From Erysipelotrichia bacterium (GTDB taxonomy: Bacteria; Bacillota_I; Bacilli_A; RFN20; CAG-826): 52,348 nt of DNA. The stretch covers positions 1 to 52,348 of the forward strand of contig JAAYJX010000110.1 in NCBI GenBank assembly GCA_012522695.1, given 5' to 3'. The position numbers and the translations under genes are program-made. Shown one piece after another: positions 10,781 to 19,764 of this stretch (position 1 is the stretch's first letter; the number at the start of each line of letters is the position of its first letter). Under the pieces are notes generated by a model. It did not search any database. It saw only the letters and a program-made list of their open reading frames with translations, and was not told where the DNA came from.

Positions 10781-11922
10781 TGGCTAAGTTAAACATTATT
10801 CGTCGTTGTTATTCTTGCGGTGTTGTCTTACAAAGCAGAGACACAAAAAAAGAAGGTTATGTTGAAAATGAAATGCTTGTTGATTTATCAAAAAGTGTTT
10901 TGTTTTGTGCAAGTTGCTTTCATAGTGAAAAATATAATCTTTCACCAAGGGAAGCTAGTTTAAATCCTGAGTTTTTTACACTAATTGCTGATGCCCAAGC
11001 AACTGATGCTTTAATTGTTTATGTTATTAATTTATTTTCTTTTGAAGCCGGCTTTATTCGTGTTTTTAATGAGTGGCTCAAAGGTCTTGATATTTTAGTT
11101 ATTGCAAATAAACGCGAAATCATGCCTGAATCTTCGACTGATGAACATTTAAAAGAATATGTTAGTCATCGTCTTCGTGTTGAAAAACTAAAGGTTTTAG
11201 ACGTCGTCTTACTTAGTACTGTCGAAAATTATAATATGCGAGAGTTTATTGATAAAATTAGAATTTTACGTAAAAGAAGAGACGTCTATATTATTGGCCA
11301 AAAACATTCTGGCAAAACGACAATTATGGAATATTTTCTCAAAGAATATAAAAACTTAAGTAGTATTAATATTACTACTCAAAATTACCCAGGGACAAAA
11401 ATGCAAGTGATGCGCATCCCAATTGATCGAACGACAGCAATTTATGATACACCTGGTCTAGGTAATGATAACTCAATCTTAGAAAAAGTTGAGCGTAGTG
11501 TAGCGCGCTTACTTGAACCAACAAAAAGAATTGAAAAACGAACGATTAGTATTAATGAAGATCAAACAATCTTAGTTGGGGGTCTTGCGCGTTTAGAACT
11601 TGTTGAAGGTGAAAGAACGATGATTGAAAATTATTTCCCTAGTACTGTGCAATTAAGAAAACTTATTTCTAATGAACCGAATAAGTTTTTTCTTCGTAAT
11701 TTAGAAAAAGGAAACGTTAAACCAATTTCTAAAAATTTAGTTTCTTTACGTGATTTTGATATTTACGATATACATATTGATGAAGAAGGGCCACGTGATT
11801 TAGGTATCCACGGATTAGGGTGGTTTACTTTTATCGGTCAAAAACAAACTTTAAGATTATATGTGCCTAAAGGTGTCTCTTTTTATACGACTCGTTCAAA
11901 AGTAAAATATGGTGAAAAATAA
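10780..11922 (+). CDS. yqeH: YqeH-like circularly permuted GTPase (divergent)
   Basis: CxxC...CxxC Zn finger, G4-G1-G3 motif order (NKRE, GQKHSGKT, DTPG) and GLGWF. The GTG start at 10780 follows GGAGGA. Confidence 0.82.
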   Translation: MAKLNIIRRCYSCGVVLQSRDTKKEGYVENEMLVDLSKSVLFCASCFHSEKYNLSPREASLNPEFFTLIADAQATDALIVYVINLFSFEAGFIRVFNEWLKGLDILVIANKREIMPESSTDEHLKEYVSHRLRVEKLKVLDVVLLSTVENYNMREFIDKIRILRKRRDVYIIGQKHSGKTTIMEYFLKEYKNLSSINITTQNYPGTKMQVMRIPIDRTTAIYDTPGLGNDNSILEKVERSVARLLEPTKRIEKRTISINEDQTILVGGLARLELVEGERTMIENYFPSTVQLRKLISNEPNKFFLRNLEKGNVKPISKNLVSLRDFDIYDIHIDEEGPRDLGIHGLGWFTFIGQKQTLRLYVPKGVSFYTTRSKVKYGEK

Positions 11923-11946
11923 GTTAGTGTTAAAAAGGCAAGCACA

Positions 11947-13050
11947 ATGGAAAACTTAGTTCTTTTTGGGGGTTCTTTTGACCCTATCCATCTTGGTCAT
12001 TTACGCATTGCTAGTGCAGCAAGCTTTCTTTTAAATGCTGATGTCGTTTTTATACCAAGTAAAAACCCACGTTGGAAAGATCCGGCCGTAAATATTAGAC
12101 ATCGACTTAATATGCTTCGATTAGCTATTAATCAAAAAGGAGTGTCGGGCTCAATTATTTCTGATTTTGAAGTTAAATCTGATACTGATGTTAATTATAC
12201 AATTGATACGATTCGACATTTTCTTAAAAAGTTTCCGCATAAAAAGTTTTATCTTTTAATCGGCACTGATCAAGTTAATAAATTTCATCAGTGGCGAGAA
12301 CCAAAACAAATTAGTCATCTTGTTCAAATTATTTATGTAAGTCGTCCGGGCTTTAGTGTTAATTTAGAAAACGTCACAAAATATAAAATGGAAAAACTTG
12401 ATTTTGAAGAAAGTGGTGAAGTAGCAAGTAAAGATATTCGTCAATTAAAATCACTTGATGTACCTTCATCTGTTTTGGATTATATTGAAAAACATCATTT
12501 ATATTTTTTAGATAAATTAAAAAACGTTTTGCCACTTAAAAGATATGAACATAGTCTTTCTGTTGCTAAGCTAGCTAGAAGGATCGCTTTTCATAATCGT
12601 CTTAGTTTAGAAAGCAAAGCTTATATTGCTGGTTTACTCCATGATTTAGCTAAAGGAAAAAGTAAAGAAGAGTTAGTAAGTATTATGGAAAAAGAATATC
12701 CAAATTATTTACATCTACCTCCCTTTGCTTATCATCAATTTGTTGGGGTATATTTAGCAAAAGATCTTTTTAATATTGAAGATGAAGAAATCTTAGAAGC
12801 AATCAAGTTTCATGCGACGGGGAAAAAAGAAATGTCGGTCTTAGGTAAAATTATTTATAGTGCAGATAAAATTGATCCGCTTCGTCAATTTAAATCAGGT
12901 AACTTAATTAAAAAATGTTACCGAGATTGTCAAGAAGGATTTTTAACTGTCTTAAAAGCAAACAAAGAATATTTATTAAGTGTTCATAAAGATATTAATA
13001 ACGAACTAACAAAAGCTTGTATGGATTATTATTTAACGAAAGGGGATTAG
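11947..13050 (+). CDS. nadD: NadD-YqeK fusion (nicotinate-nucleotide adenylyltransferase plus HD-domain Ap4A hydrolase)
   Basis: N-terminal FGGSFDPIHLGH. C-terminal RYEHSLSV...LLHDLAK...HATG...YSADKI. Confidence 0.88.
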   Translation: MENLVLFGGSFDPIHLGHLRIASAASFLLNADVVFIPSKNPRWKDPAVNIRHRLNMLRLAINQKGVSGSIISDFEVKSDTDVNYTIDTIRHFLKKFPHKKFYLLIGTDQVNKFHQWREPKQISHLVQIIYVSRPGFSVNLENVTKYKMEKLDFEESGEVASKDIRQLKSLDVPSSVLDYIEKHHLYFLDKLKNVLPLKRYEHSLSVAKLARRIAFHNRLSLESKAYIAGLLHDLAKGKSKEELVSIMEKEYPNYLHLPPFAYHQFVGVYLAKDLFNIEDEEILEAIKFHATGKKEMSVLGKIIYSADKIDPLRQFKSGNLIKKCYRDCQEGFLTVLKANKEYLLSVHKDINNELTKACMDYYLTKGD

Positions 13051-13051
13051 T

Positions 13052-13378
13052 TTGGAACTAGACAAAACAACAAAAGCTATTTTAACTTTACTTGAACAAA
13101 CAAAAGGAGAAGACATTGAATTAATTAATGTCTCGGAGTTAACGCCCTTTAGCGAATACTACCTTTTAGTAACAGCAAGTAACATTCGCCAAATGAATGC
13201 AATTAAAGAAACAGTCTTAAAAAAATTAAAAGAACTCGAAGCGAATTTACACCATGTTGAAGGTCGTGAAGAAAGCGGTTGGGTTTTAATTGACGCCCAT
13301 CATTTGATTGTGAACATTTTTACAAAAGAAGAACGTGAACGAATTAGCTTAGAAGAAATTTTTAAGCGTCGTAATTAA
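13052..13378 (+). CDS. rsfS: Ribosome silencing factor
   Basis: KGEDI, EG...WVLID and synteny with the yqe cluster. Confidence 0.9.
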   Translation: MELDKTTKAILTLLEQTKGEDIELINVSELTPFSEYYLLVTASNIRQMNAIKETVLKKLKELEANLHHVEGREESGWVLIDAHHLIVNIFTKEERERISLEEIFKRRN

Positions 13379-13487
13379 ATATACTTATAAATTTTTTTGT
13401 TTTGTTATACCCATCAATAAATATTTTTTGATTGTAGTAATAAATTAAGTAAAATCCCAAAAAGACTAATTTACGGAAATATGGCTA

Positions 13488-13515
13488 ACTTCGCATAATC
13501 TCTATTATGTAAACC
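13488..13515 (+). other. dif: dif site (XerC/XerD chromosome dimer resolution)
   Basis: ACTTCGCATAA-TCTCTA-TTATGTAAACC has the 11-6-11 layout and is close to the B. subtilis and E. coli dif sequences. It lies at the gene-orientation convergence point. Confidence 0.9.
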
Positions 13516-13716
13516 AATAACCGTATTATATACACTTTATCGATACTTTTTAGTCTTTTAACCTTTTTACTGAAAAGACAATATTCTTGCAAATAGTGAG
13601 TTATCCACAATTATCGATACTTAATAAACTACTAAAAAACTACTAATTATTATTATCACTTCTTGGATAAAAACACTACGTATCTTTTTTAAGACGCTTC
13701 ATTTATAATAAAACTG

Positions 13717-13914
13717 ATGAAAAAATGTTGTGCTTGTTGTGGAGAATTTTCTCTTGAAAGTAATCTTGATGGCGCGATTTGTCTTTTTTGCGGATGGGTC
13801 AAAGATCGCCAACAAGAGGAAAATATTCACTTAAAAAATGGTCGAAATAAATTATCGCTTGCTGAGGCTAGATATATTTATTTTAGCCATCGTAAAGATC
13901 GCAGCGTCTTTTAA
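13717..13914 (+). CDS. CPCC-family cysteine-rich small protein
   Basis: CACCG...ICLFCGW..D...GRNKLSLAEAR pattern. TATAAT lies 7 nt before the ATG. Confidence 0.75.
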   Translation: MKKCCACCGEFSLESNLDGAICLFCGWVKDRQQEENIHLKNGRNKLSLAEARYIYFSHRKDRSVF

Positions 13915-14032
13915 GTTATATATTTAGCAACTCATATTTTTTATATTAGGGACTTTTTTAAAATACGTTTTTTAGAAAGTATGTCGTTAAGTCAATTAGT
14001 CTAATAAGACATTCCACCACAAAACAAAATAA

Positions 14033-14290
14033 CTACTTGAAACTTAAAACGGTATACTTTGCAGTCTTCGTCCTAACTTTAGCTTATGGATTTAAATTAT
14101 CAAATGTTTCTAAATCTAGGATTTCTAAAAATTGATTAACATTAACATTATTATCAGGATGTACGTGGCCGAAAACGTTAACCTTATTAAATTAAGTGGT
14201 TAACATAATATTTTAGTGGTAACCAAAATAAATTCTTTGTTCAGTTACATCACGATATTAATCAAATGTATCTTAAACGACTTTAAGTTT
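14033..14290 (-). pseudogene. Possible decayed ORF remnant
   Basis: One frame reads as protein-like (YRDVTEQRIYFGYH*...FNKVNVFGHVHPDNNVNVNQFLEILDLETFDNLNP*) but is broken by several TAA codons. No family recognised. Confidence 0.25.
14197..14210 (-). other. XerD-arm-like half site
   Basis: TATTATGTTAACCA, 13/14 identical to the dif right-arm region at 13503-13516. Confidence 0.55.
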
Positions 14291-14291
14291 A

Positions 14292-15485
14292 TTAATTAAA
14301 TATTTCAATAAGTGGTTCACCAATATGATTTGGCGTTTTTTCTAAATTAAAGTTATGTAAGATTGTTGCACCAATAACGGCAAAGGTTTCTTTTTCTTCT
14401 AAGGTGCGTCCGTTTTTAAAAGCTTTTGAATACATTAATAGAGGTACTTTTTCTCTTGTGTGGTCAGTTCCGTGATGAGTTGGATCATTTCCATGATCAG
14501 CTGTCACCATAACTAAATCGTCTTCATTAATGACTTCTAAAAGTTCGCCAAGTTGAACGTCAAATTCTTCTAAGGCTTTAGCATATCCTTTTGGGTTACG
14601 GCGATGACCGTACTCACTATCAAATTCAACAAGGTTAACATAAACTAATCCAGTTAGTGGATTTGTTTTAGCGACATTAATTGTTTTTTCCATACCGTCT
14701 TTATTAGAAACGGTTTTTTCAAACTCTGTCACACCGCGCGTATTAAAGATATCGTTAATTTTACCAATCGCATAAACGCTAAAGTTGTTTTCTTTTAAAA
14801 TATCCATCGTCGTCGTATCACTAGGCGAAACGGCTAGATCGTGACGATTTGGTGTTCTTTTAAAGTTCGTTTTGTTCGTACCAACATACGGACGCGCAAT
14901 AACGCGACCTACAAAATATTCAGGCTTCATTGTTATTTCGCGAGCAATATCGCAAGCACGATATAATTCATCTAAACCAGTTACTTCTTCATGCGCGGCA
15001 ATTTGCAAAACGCTATCAGCCGAAGTATAAACAATTAAAGAATTTTCTTGCATTTGTTGTTCACCAAGTTCAACTAATATTTCTGTTCCACTTGCAGCTT
15101 TATTACCAATTACTTTATAACCTGTTTTTTCTTCAAGTTCTTTAATTAAAGATAAAGGAAAGCCAGTCTCGGTAAATGTTTGAAAAGGTGTTGTTGTTTT
15201 AATCCCCATCATTTCCCAATGTCCTGTCATTGTATCTTTACCAGCACTCGTTTCTCTTAAGCGTAAACTATAAGCTTGTGGGTGCTTAACAATACTTGTA
15301 CCAACAATAGGAGCTAAATCGCCTAAGCCAAGTGAATTCATAACGGGAACATGAAGACCGCCGACAGCAATTGAAGTATTAACAAGTGTATTTGCACCTT
15401 CATCATTAAATAATTTAGCATCAGGCATTTCGCCAATTCCAACTGAATCGATGACGATGACAAATATTCTTTTGAATTTTTTCAT
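14292..15485 (-). CDS. deoB: Phosphopentomutase
   Basis: DSVGIG, GKDTMTGHWE, YTSADSV and TADHGNDP. Confidence 0.95.
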   Translation of the reverse strand: MKKFKRIFVIVIDSVGIGEMPDAKLFNDEGANTLVNTSIAVGGLHVPVMNSLGLGDLAPIVGTSIVKHPQAYSLRLRETSAGKDTMTGHWEMMGIKTTTPFQTFTETGFPLSLIKELEEKTGYKVIGNKAASGTEILVELGEQQMQENSLIVYTSADSVLQIAAHEEVTGLDELYRACDIAREITMKPEYFVGRVIARPYVGTNKTNFKRTPNRHDLAVSPSDTTTMDILKENNFSVYAIGKINDIFNTRGVTEFEKTVSNKDGMEKTINVAKTNPLTGLVYVNLVEFDSEYGHRRNPKGYAKALEEFDVQLGELLEVINEDDLVMVTADHGNDPTHHGTDHTREKVPLLMYSKAFKNGRTLEEKETFAVIGATILHNFNLEKTPNHIGEPLIEIFN

Positions 15486-15518
15486 ATTTACTCCTTTTAT
15501 TACATAAAAAATTGTATA

Positions 15519-16400
15519 TTATTTGCGTTTGATATACAAATCATACGCGTCTTTAATACGTTTTGATGAGACGTGTGTATATATTTCGGTTGTTGAAATA
15601 TTTTGATGACCAAGCATTTCTTGAATCGCTCTAAGTTCTGCTCCATGATCATATAAATGCGTAGCAAAGCTATGTCGTAATGTATGCGGCGAAACATCTT
15701 TAGAAATACCGGCGTCTAAAGCATATTTTTTTATTTGTAAGAAAAAATATTGACGTGATAAAGGTTTGCCATAACGATTTAAAAAAATGTATTTAGTATT
15801 TTTACCTGGATTTTTACTTCTTCCTTCTTCAATATATTTGGCTAAATATTCTAAAGCAAATTCACCAATAGGGACACGTCTTTCTTTATTACCCTTACCA
15901 ACAACACTCACGAGTCCATGAACATAATTAATGTGGCCACGCTCTAAAGCTAAAAGTTCACTCACTCGTAAACCAGAAGAATACATAACTTCAAGCATCG
16001 CACGATCTCTTAAACCTTCGGGTTTTTCTAAATCAGGCATCTCAAATAAAAATTCTACTTCTTCTTCGGTTAAAGTATGTGGTAATTTTCTAAGTGGTCG
16101 AGGACCACTAATTTTTGGAACCGACTCACTAAAAAGTTGTTCTTTTTCTAAAAAACGATAAAAATGTTTAGTTGAGGAAAGTCTTCTTAATATTGTTGCT
16201 GTCGCCATTTTATTTTTACTTTGGATTTTAATAAAGTCAGTTAAATCACTAATAAATAAATCTTTTGTTGTTTTACGATCATTAAAAACTTTAAAAAATT
16301 GTTTAAAATCTTGTTGGTAAGCATTAATTGTTTCTTTACTTACGCCTTTTTCAACAATTAAATATTGAAAAAATAAATCAATCGCATCGTTAATTAGCAT
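15519..16400 (-). CDS. xerD: Tyrosine recombinase XerD (RipX)
   Basis: SGLRVSEL, GKGNKER, HTLRHSFATH, LGHQ and TEIY. Upstream of deoB, as in ripX-drm. Confidence 0.9.
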   Translation of the reverse strand: MLINDAIDLFFQYLIVEKGVSKETINAYQQDFKQFFKVFNDRKTTKDLFISDLTDFIKIQSKNKMATATILRRLSSTKHFYRFLEKEQLFSESVPKISGPRPLRKLPHTLTEEEVEFLFEMPDLEKPEGLRDRAMLEVMYSSGLRVSELLALERGHINYVHGLVSVVGKGNKERRVPIGEFALEYLAKYIEEGRSKNPGKNTKYIFLNRYGKPLSRQYFFLQIKKYALDAGISKDVSPHTLRHSFATHLYDHGAELRAIQEMLGHQNISTTEIYTHVSSKRIKDAYDLYIKRK

Positions 16401-17580
16401 CTTTTTTATCCTTTATATCCCGAGCCCTAACTAAAAGAGGTTTCTTTAGTTTTCTATTCAATTCATTAATAAGTAATTTTGTAACATTTTCTTCTTCATG
16501 TTTTTGATAATCATAAAAAGTCATTTGCACGACTAAATCACGTGGATCAATTAAGTTTTGAAGTGTCACGCCGACTAAACGAATTAATTGGCCTTTAAAA
16601 TGTTTTTCAAATAAAAACAGCGCTTTATCAAAAATAAAGGCGTAATCATTTGTTGGTTCTTTAAAAGTTATCGAGCGAGTAATTGATTTAAATTCGCTAT
16701 CTTTAATAACAATTTGCACGGTTGAACCAATTTTTCTTTGTCTTTGAGCTCGCTCGCTTACTTCTTTAGCTAAATATGAAAACATTTCCTTAATTTCAAA
16801 ATAATCATCTGTATCGTTCATAAATGTTGAACTATTACCAATTGATTTGGGATCACTTGGTTCAACTTCGACTTCATCACTACCATAACCATTAACCCAA
16901 TCTTTAATAACGTAATAAAATTTACCAAGTAAATACTCAAGTTTAGGATCATCATTATTAACGCGCTTTGCTAAATCACCAATCGTATGTATTCCTAAGC
17001 TTTTTAATCGTGGCGAAGTTTTGCGCCCAATTCCATAAAACTTTTCAATCGCAAGCGGATAAAGCATTTTTTTAATATCCCGTCGACGAATGACAGTTAA
17101 ACCCATCGGCTTATGATAGTTTGATGCCATCTTAGCTAGAAACTTTGTCGGAGCAACGCCAATTGAACAACTTAAACCAGTTTTAACTAATAAGTCATTT
17201 TGCATTGTTTTTAAAAACTCAATTTTGTTTTCGACATCTTTTAGTGTTTCGCTCATATCAACAAAACATTCATCAACCGAAGCAATTTCAACAATCTTAC
17301 TATATTGCTTAACAAAATTAAAAAACTCTTGTGATAAAAGGCGATAATATTTAAAATCAACCGGCAAAATAATTAAAGACGGACAAAGTTTACGTGCTTG
17401 AAAAATTGGCATTGCTGAATGAATGCCGTATTTTCTTGCTTCATAAGAAGCTGTTGAAACAATACCTTTACGGCCAGATCCTCCGACAACAAGAGGTTTA
17501 TTTTTTAGTTTTGGATTACGAATTTCTTCGGCCGAAGCAAAAAAAGCATTTAAATCAAGATGAACAATAATTTTTGCCAT
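16390..17580 (-). CDS. dinB: DNA polymerase IV (Y family)
   Basis: HLDLNAFFAS, SYEAR, SVDE and LAKMAS. Confidence 0.93.
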   Translation of the reverse strand: MAKIIVHLDLNAFFASAEEIRNPKLKNKPLVVGGSGRKGIVSTASYEARKYGIHSAMPIFQARKLCPSLIILPVDFKYYRLLSQEFFNFVKQYSKIVEIASVDECFVDMSETLKDVENKIEFLKTMQNDLLVKTGLSCSIGVAPTKFLAKMASNYHKPMGLTVIRRRDIKKMLYPLAIEKFYGIGRKTSPRLKSLGIHTIGDLAKRVNNDDPKLEYLLGKFYYVIKDWVNGYGSDEVEVEPSDPKSIGNSSTFMNDTDDYFEIKEMFSYLAKEVSERAQRQRKIGSTVQIVIKDSEFKSITRSITFKEPTNDYAFIFDKALFLFEKHFKGQLIRLVGVTLQNLIDPRDLVVQMTFYDYQKHEEENVTKLLINELNRKLKKPLLVRARDIKDKKDAN

Positions 17581-17586
17581 AAGTTA

Positions 17587-17615
17587 ATTATAAAGAAAAA
17601 GGAAAGGTATATCAA
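17587..17615 (-). promoter_or_regulatory. SigA promoter of dinB-xerD-deoB (likely leaderless)
   Basis: TTGATA-17 nt-TATAAT, ending 6 nt before the dinB ATG. Confidence 0.65.
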
Positions 17616-17616
17616 T

Positions 17617-17630
17617 TATTATGTTAACCA
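17617..17630 (+). other. XerD-arm-like half site
   Basis: TATTATGTTAACCA, identical to the copy at 14197-14210. Confidence 0.55.
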
Positions 17631-17639
17631 AATTATCTT

Positions 17640-19523
17640 TTATTTTATAATATCTTTAATTTTTGCTAAAACTTGTTCAGGTAACAAATTAAATAAAGCT
17701 AGTTGTTCTTTAATTTTTCCGTGGGAAACAAATTGATCTTTAACACCAAAAGAATAAATTTTGCCGCAATATGATAAATCGCTTAGTTTACTTTTTAAAA
17801 AGGTAATAAAGCCGTTTTCACTTGCGTAGGCATCATAAAGTAAAATATTTTCATAATGTAATAATGTTTTTAATAAGTCTTCATCAATAGGTTTTAAATA
17901 TAAAGCGTTAATTAAAGTTACATCAAGATTTTTATCGATAATAAGTTGCTTTAATTCTCTTAATAATTGACCAACAGCAATGATAGCAAGTTTTTTTGTC
18001 TTAGCTTTTAGTTCAACAATCCACTTACCTAAGGTAAGTTCTTTCGTTTTAATAATATGATTTTTTGCTAAATAATCACGAGGATAGCGAATAAAAAAGG
18101 GCCCATGCTCTTTTAATGACTCACTTAATAAGGCTTTTGCTTCTTCATCACTTGATGGCATTGTTAAAACGACATTAGGTGTATTAATTAAAAAGGCTTC
18201 ATCATATATGCCTTGATGTGTTTCGCCGTCTGCACCAACAAGTCCAGCTCGATCAACTAAAAAGGTAACATTTAAATCCATTCGTGCTAAATCATGAATA
18301 ACTTGATCAAAAGCTCTTTGTAAAAAAGTTGAATAAACCGAAACAATTGGGTGGCGACCACTTAAGGCAAAGCCACTAGCTAAAGATAAGGCATGACCTT
18401 CGCTAATACCAACATCAAAAGTTCGTTTTGGGTATTTATCAAAGATAACTTCTAAACCGCTACCTTTAGTCGTTGCTGGGGAGATAATAATTAAGTCTTC
18501 GCGTTTTGACATTAATTCATCTAATAAATCGCTAAATAAATGTGACCAAGATAAAAGCTCGGGATGTAAATTTTTGGGTTTACCAGTTTCGATATTAAAA
18601 GGCGTAACGCCGTGCCAATAACCGATTTGATCATCTTCAGCAAGTTTATAACCCATTCCTTTAATTGTTTCAACATGTATAACGACTGATTTAGTCGTTC
18701 TTTTCGCGCGCCTAAAAGCATTTTCAAGTGCTTTAATATTATGGCCATCAATTGGACCTAAATATTGAAAGCCCATATCATCAAAATAAGTTGAAGGAAC
18801 AAGAAGTTGCTTAATAAAACGTTTTATTTTTGAAGTACATTTATATAAAAATCGGCCAAAACGCGTTTTAAACATTAAGTCGTGATACCATCTTTTCATT
18901 TTTGTATAACCAGCGCCAGTTGAAAGGGAGGCAAAAAACTTTGACATCCCGCCTGTTGGACGCGAAATAGCCATTTCATTATCGTTTAAAATAATAATCA
19001 CTTTATTATGTAAATGTGAGATATTGTTAAGGGCCTCAAAAGCTAAACCATTAACAATTGAGGCATCACCAATAACAGCGACAACATCATATTTTTCGCC
19101 CTTTAAATCACGATCAATTGCAAAGCCATGCGCCGCACTTAAAGAAGTTGAGCTATGCCCGGCTTCAAAACAATCAAACGCTGATTCACATCTTCTTTGA
19201 TAGCCAGAAACACCATCTTTTGTTCTTAATTTATCAAGACTTCGGCCTGTTAATATTTTATGTGTATATGTCTGATGACCAACGTCAAAAAGAAGTTTAT
19301 CAAAAGAAAAATCAAAACTACGATGTAAGGCAATCGTTAATTCAACAACACCTAAATTAGATGAAAGATGTCCACCAAATTCAGATGTTTTTAAAATAAT
19401 TTCTTCGCGAATTGAACTAGCTAAATATTCTAAACTTAAATAATTTAAATCTTTAAGAAAAGAAGGGTTTTGAATGTCTTCTAACCTTACTTTAGTAATT
19501 GTTTTTCTTTCTTTTCTGCTCAT
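17640..19523 (-). CDS. dxs: 1-deoxy-D-xylulose-5-phosphate synthase
   Basis: GGHLSSNLG, DVGHQTY.HK, GHSSTS and DRAGLVGADGETHQG. Confidence 0.95.
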   Translation of the reverse strand: MSRKERKTITKVRLEDIQNPSFLKDLNYLSLEYLASSIREEIILKTSEFGGHLSSNLGVVELTIALHRSFDFSFDKLLFDVGHQTYTHKILTGRSLDKLRTKDGVSGYQRRCESAFDCFEAGHSSTSLSAAHGFAIDRDLKGEKYDVVAVIGDASIVNGLAFEALNNISHLHNKVIIILNDNEMAISRPTGGMSKFFASLSTGAGYTKMKRWYHDLMFKTRFGRFLYKCTSKIKRFIKQLLVPSTYFDDMGFQYLGPIDGHNIKALENAFRRAKRTTKSVVIHVETIKGMGYKLAEDDQIGYWHGVTPFNIETGKPKNLHPELLSWSHLFSDLLDELMSKREDLIIISPATTKGSGLEVIFDKYPKRTFDVGISEGHALSLASGFALSGRHPIVSVYSTFLQRAFDQVIHDLARMDLNVTFLVDRAGLVGADGETHQGIYDEAFLINTPNVVLTMPSSDEEAKALLSESLKEHGPFFIRYPRDYLAKNHIIKTKELTLGKWIVELKAKTKKLAIIAVGQLLRELKQLIIDKNLDVTLINALYLKPIDEDLLKTLLHYENILLYDAYASENGFITFLKSKLSDLSYCGKIYSFGVKDQFVSHGKIKEQLALFNLLPEQVLAKIKDIIK

Positions 19524-19566
19524 ACTAATTAAATACTAAATATCTACTAAAGAAAAATAATTGAAT

Positions 19567-19764
19567 TTATTCAACTTTAATAATATCTTTAATTTTTTCC
19601 TCTGCTTCTTTTAAGGCTTTTTCAAGTTCAAGGATAATTTTTTGTCCTTCTTCATATAAAGCTAAACTTTGCTCTAAAGGTAATGTTTTGCTTTCAATTG
19701 TTGTGACAATTTCTTCTAAGCGAAGTAACATTTTTTCAAAATTAAGTGCGCTATCTTTACTCAT
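19567..19764 (-). CDS. xseB: Exonuclease VII small subunit
   Basis: FE...RLEEIV...LEQSL.LYEEG, directly after xseA. Confidence 0.9.
   Translation of the reverse strand: MSKDSALNFEKMLLRLEEIVTTIESKTLPLEQSLALYEEGQKIILELEKALKEAEEKIKDIIKVE

Noticed and set aside
13379-14291. CRISPR array or structured ncRNA in the largest mostly non-coding stretch
   Set aside because: There are no regularly spaced repeats and no convincing extended stems.
15519-16400. Tyrosine recombinase as a phage or island integrase
   Set aside because: Its size, motifs, xerD-deoB synteny and the nearby dif indicate housekeeping XerD. There are no phage or conjugation genes.
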